Shown here one piece after another: positions 60,163 to 64,000 of a stretch of 64,000 bases of DNA. Every line of letters begins with the position of its first letter. Position 1 is the stretch's first letter. The notes under the pieces are model-generated. The model was not told the origin of the DNA and ran no database searches. It saw only the letters and a list, made by a program, of their open reading frames with translations. Source of the stretch: Utricularia gibba (lineage: Eukaryota > Plantae > Magnoliophyta); the NCBI GenBank assembly GCA_002189035.1, contig NEEC01000011.1:3038001-3102000 (forward strand), read 5' to 3'. The translations under genes and the position numbers were made by a program.

Positions 60163-60585
60163 ATGGCTTCTTTCAGGGTTCTCCTCGCGGCCGCTTTCCT
60201 CTTCCTCCTCTCTTCCGCCGTCGCTGCAAGAGAGCTCTCTCAGGCGACTTCTGATGCATGTAATGAACTCAGCTGTTGTGATAACCATTTCCTTTTTTTT
60301 GTTTATATTAAGGGATTGTTTTTGTGGTGATCAGTGAAGGCGACTGATCGGACTTACGGTAATCCGGTGGGATACGGGGGATACATCCCCAAGTACGGCG
60401 GGTTCGGAGGGTATAGCGGGTATGGGGCTTACGGAGGAGGAAAAGGAGGACCCGGCGGTGGATACGGGTACGGCGGATACGGCGGGTACGGCGGGTATGG
60501 AGGCTATAATCCTAAAACCGGAGGGTTTGGTGGTTACTTTGGTCCAGGGCACGGCAAGCATCCTGCAGACGAGCCCCGGAACTGA
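60163..60585 (+). CDS. Secreted glycine/tyrosine-rich protein (signal peptide plus GGY repeats), 2 exons (60163-60259, 60335-60585)
   Basis: MASFRVLLAAAFLFLLSSAVAARELSQ..., GT-AG intron, then GYGGY repeats; TATA-like TACAAATA about 50 bp upstream. Confidence 0.85.
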
Positions 60586-60621
60586 AAGGCGCCGCCGGTG
60601 GAACTGGAAGAGCTGAGAGTC

Positions 60622-60680
60622 TGTATGTATGTATGTATGCATGTATGTATGAATCATGTATGTATGGATGGATGGATGTG
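60622..60680. repeat. (ATGT)n/(ATGG)n tetranucleotide tract in the GRP 3' UTR
   Basis: Read directly from the sequence. Confidence 0.8.
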
Positions 60681-60988
60681 AGCGTGGGATCATGTATGTG
60701 TATGTCGGTCGCATGGCATGGCCATGATGTATTTCGGATTTCTTATACGAAATAATGGTGATAATTTTATGGTAATTTAATTGATTTCGGGCAAACACGG
60801 CAAAAGGAATCATTTTGACTGCAACGGTAACCTTAAAGCCCTAGGTAGGTATGCATTCATTCATTCTTCTCTCTGTTCACGCCGCCGCACATAATCATCA
60901 TTGAACTACGGAGATCGCCATTTCTGTCTACGTAAGAAGCCGCTGTAGGCGGTGATTCAACGATCTCAAGGCCGCCTCCTTGCGAGCT

Positions 60989-63900
60989 ATGGATGTAACG
61001 TTGCAGTTTTTTGCAGCGAAGACTCCGTCTTTGCGTTCTTCGAAAAGGGGCGTCTTCATTCGACCGTGGAACCAATGGAATGCTCATTTCGCAGCGTCGG
61101 TTTCTGATCCGGGTCGTTTTTCGGTAGCTCGTGGAGTCGGATGCGTGAGTTGTAAGCTTGATATTGCAGAGAGGATTGACGCTAAATCCGATGATGCTGG
61201 CCCAACATCCGATAATTTTACTTGCGTGATGAAGTTTGGTGGTTCCTCCGTTGCCTCTGCATCAAGAATTAGAGAAGTTGCCGATCTCATTCTCAGCTTT
61301 CCTGAGGAAAGGCCTATTATTATTCTTTCTGCTATGGGGAAGACGACTAACCATCTTCTTCTGGTGATGTTTTAGATTTGTTTCCTCATTACGATGGTAC
61401 TGTTTGTAAATCTAAACGAGAATCTGAAATGGGATCGCTGATTTCTTTCCAGGCTGGAGAGAAGGCAGTGAGTTGTGGCGTTTCAAACGTATCTGATATT
61501 CGGGAATTGGATCTCATCAAGGACTTGCATTTAAGGTTCCTGCTTACGTTCTCACTTTTTTTAATTAGCTCGAGGTTTGTATTTTGGGTAATTATATACC
61601 TTGCCATTTTTAGGACTGAAGCCGAGCTTGGACTGGAAAGTTCAGTTGTATCAAGTACGTTATACGACCTTCATCGACGATTTCTTTCTTAATATATTTT
61701 TGTTTGGTTTTTACTTTCATGCTGGTGCATTCTTCTGAAAAAAAAAAGGTTTTTCATGGTTTTTTTATATTTCCGGGGGTTGGTTCCGCAGAACACTTCT
61801 CTGAGCTGGAACAGCTTCTGAATGGGATAGCCATGATGAAAGAGATGACTCTAAGGACGAAGGATTACCTAGTTTCGTTTGGGGAATGCATGTCCACTAG
61901 GATTTTTTCTGCATATTTGAATAAGATTGGTGTTAAAGCCCGCCAGGTAATTTCATCTTCAATCATCAATCTTCCGAGCAGTAAAACTTGCTAGGCGGTA
62001 AATTACAGCTTATAAAAGACTGTATGATTTGACTGCTTGTTCTGCTGTTTACGTTGGTGTCATTGCTCCTGCATATATGTGTCTATCTCAATATAGACAA
62101 CACGTGCTTTAATGACACTTTCTGATATCTTTTGCAGTATGATGCTTTTGATTTAGGTTTTATTACAACTGATGATTTTACTAATGCTGATATTCTGGAA
62201 GCAACTTATCCAGCAGTTGCTAAGAGATTGCATGAAGATTGGAACTGTGATCCTGCTATTCCTGTTGTGACTGGCTTCCTCGGCAAGGTTGTTGCCTTTT
62301 GTATTTGGGATTCTCATACTCTACTGATGAATTCCTATAAAGCAATGATAATTACAATTCTTTTAGGGTTGCAAAAGTTGTGCGATTACTACTCTTGGGA
62401 GAGGTGGTAGTGATTTGACTGCAACCGCAATTGGTAAAGCGTTAGGGTTAAGAGAAATCCAGGTGTGCATTGAGTTATACTTTGCCATCCCCCTGTGTTT
62501 ATTTTCCATCTTGACCAAAGATCCGGTTTCTGTTTTATTTAATATGTTTGGAGCTTCTCCTTCTTATGTGCAAATGGCTCTGGATATTGCATGCCACAAA
62601 TGGATGCATTTGATGGTAGATTTACAGTATATACATTTGTGTTCTAGGTCTGGAAAGATGTGGATGGCGTTTTAACCTGTGACCCAAATATCTGTTCCGC
62701 TGCAACACCAGTGCCCATTCTAACCTTTGAAGAGGCAGCTGAGCTGGCTTACTTTGGCGGACAGGTATCAGATTTTTTCATTTCATTTTTTATGGTTTCT
62801 GATTGTCCAGGTCTTTCATTACAGGGATATGTTGCATGTTGAGATCTGGTGGCATATATTATTTTTGTCTAAGTGGTTCATCAAGCAAGTTGATGGGCAT
62901 ATAGGAACCTTTAGTTTTATATTAAGTAAGTTGATTCCACAGCAACTTGCTTAATTTTATGTTAAGTGGTTCATTCACCTTTAAGACATGATAGACTGAT
63001 CTAATGAGTTTGATTCTCCTTTTTTTTGATATATTCAAATTTAATTTTATCTCTTCGGTTTTGTAGGTCCTCCATCCACAGTCCATGAGACCTGCCAGGG
63101 AGGGTGATGTCCCAGTTCGAGTAAAAAATTCTTACAATCCTAGAGCTCCAGGAACTCTAATTACCAGAGAAAGAGACATTAGTAAGGTTAGGTGTTGTAC
63201 GTGCTCTGAGAGGAAGGCCTGGTCACATGAAATTATCAAACCGTGTTGCTCTTTCTGCTGCTCAGGCTGTACTTACCAGCATCGTGCTCAAGCGGAATGT
63301 GACGATGTTGGACATAGTGAGTACTAGAATGCTTGGTCAAGTGGGATTCCTTGCCAAGGTTGGTCTAGTTAAACAAATTTCCAGTTTCTGAATGCAGCTA
63401 TTTATTTAATGGGCTCATGTACTGGATCAGGTGTTCTCAATCTTTGAAGATCTGGGGATCTCTGTTGATGTTGTCGCCACTAGTGAAGTTAGCATATCCT
63501 TGACGCTGGATCCTTCCAAGCTTTGGAGTCGAGAGCTGATTCAACAGGCAAGCACTTTTTTTTTTTTAATGATGGATTCACTCAAACGTATGCGTTTCTT
63601 GTTTCAAATGCAAGTGTGAAACCATGATAGAAAAGCTTCTCAGTATGCCACTCCACAGCTTCCCTCAATTAAACAATTTTGATCAGGAACTCGATCACAT
63701 GAAGGAAGACCTAAAAAAGATTGCTGATGTAAAACTCAAGCAGCATATGTCTATAATCTCTCTCATTGGAAACGTTGATAAATCCTCACTTATACTCGAA
63801 AAGGTACTTGCTTCTTTGAATGGTCAAGACAATCCCTTGTTTTATCATCCTCACTGATTTTGTCGATGAGCAGGCGTTCCATGTCTTCCGGATGATGGGT

Positions 63901-64000
63901 GTCAACGTTCAGATGATCTCCCAGGGCGCATCTAAAGTGAATATATCGTTGATAGTGGAGAATAAAGAAGCAGAAAACTGTGTTAGAGCGTTGCACTCAG
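60989..64000 (+). CDS. AK: Plastid monofunctional (Lys-sensitive) aspartate kinase, multi-exon, 3' end beyond the window
   Basis: [68 protein letters not shown] and ACT-domain [35 protein letters not shown]. Confidence 0.96.

Overview
Very gene-dense plant (eudicot) nuclear DNA; the species cannot be determined from sequence alone. I can support 19 intron-containing or single-exon protein-coding genes in 64 kb (about 3.4 kb per gene). In order they are: WW-domain DEAD-box helicase (runs off the left edge), plastid RPL12, SEN54, polygalacturonase, KDM3-type JmjC demethylase, farnesyltransferase beta, TM9SF/TMN, TBC RabGAP, SEC23, IPMS, PLS-E PPR, BBX24-like, ETFQO, group-I bZIP, FPA, POLD4, SIG1, a secreted GGY-rich protein, and aspartate kinase (runs off the right edge). 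The intergenic spaces hold several unannotated relics. (i) A ~330-bp chimeric duplicate of the helicase 5' leader fused to an RPL12 coding fragment, now directly upstream of SEN54. (ii) A deletion-riddled SAH hydrolase pseudogene. (iii) A ~557-bp TRIM retroelement with tRNA-Met PBS. (iv) An NRPB11 pseudogene fragment. (v) A candidate spliced non-coding transcript between the bZIP and FPA. Six apparent -1 frameshifts in conserved genes all fall in short G/C runs, so they are probably consensus errors. No prokaryotic features, CRISPR, rRNA or tRNA genes were seen. Exon boundaries were read by eye and are approximate.
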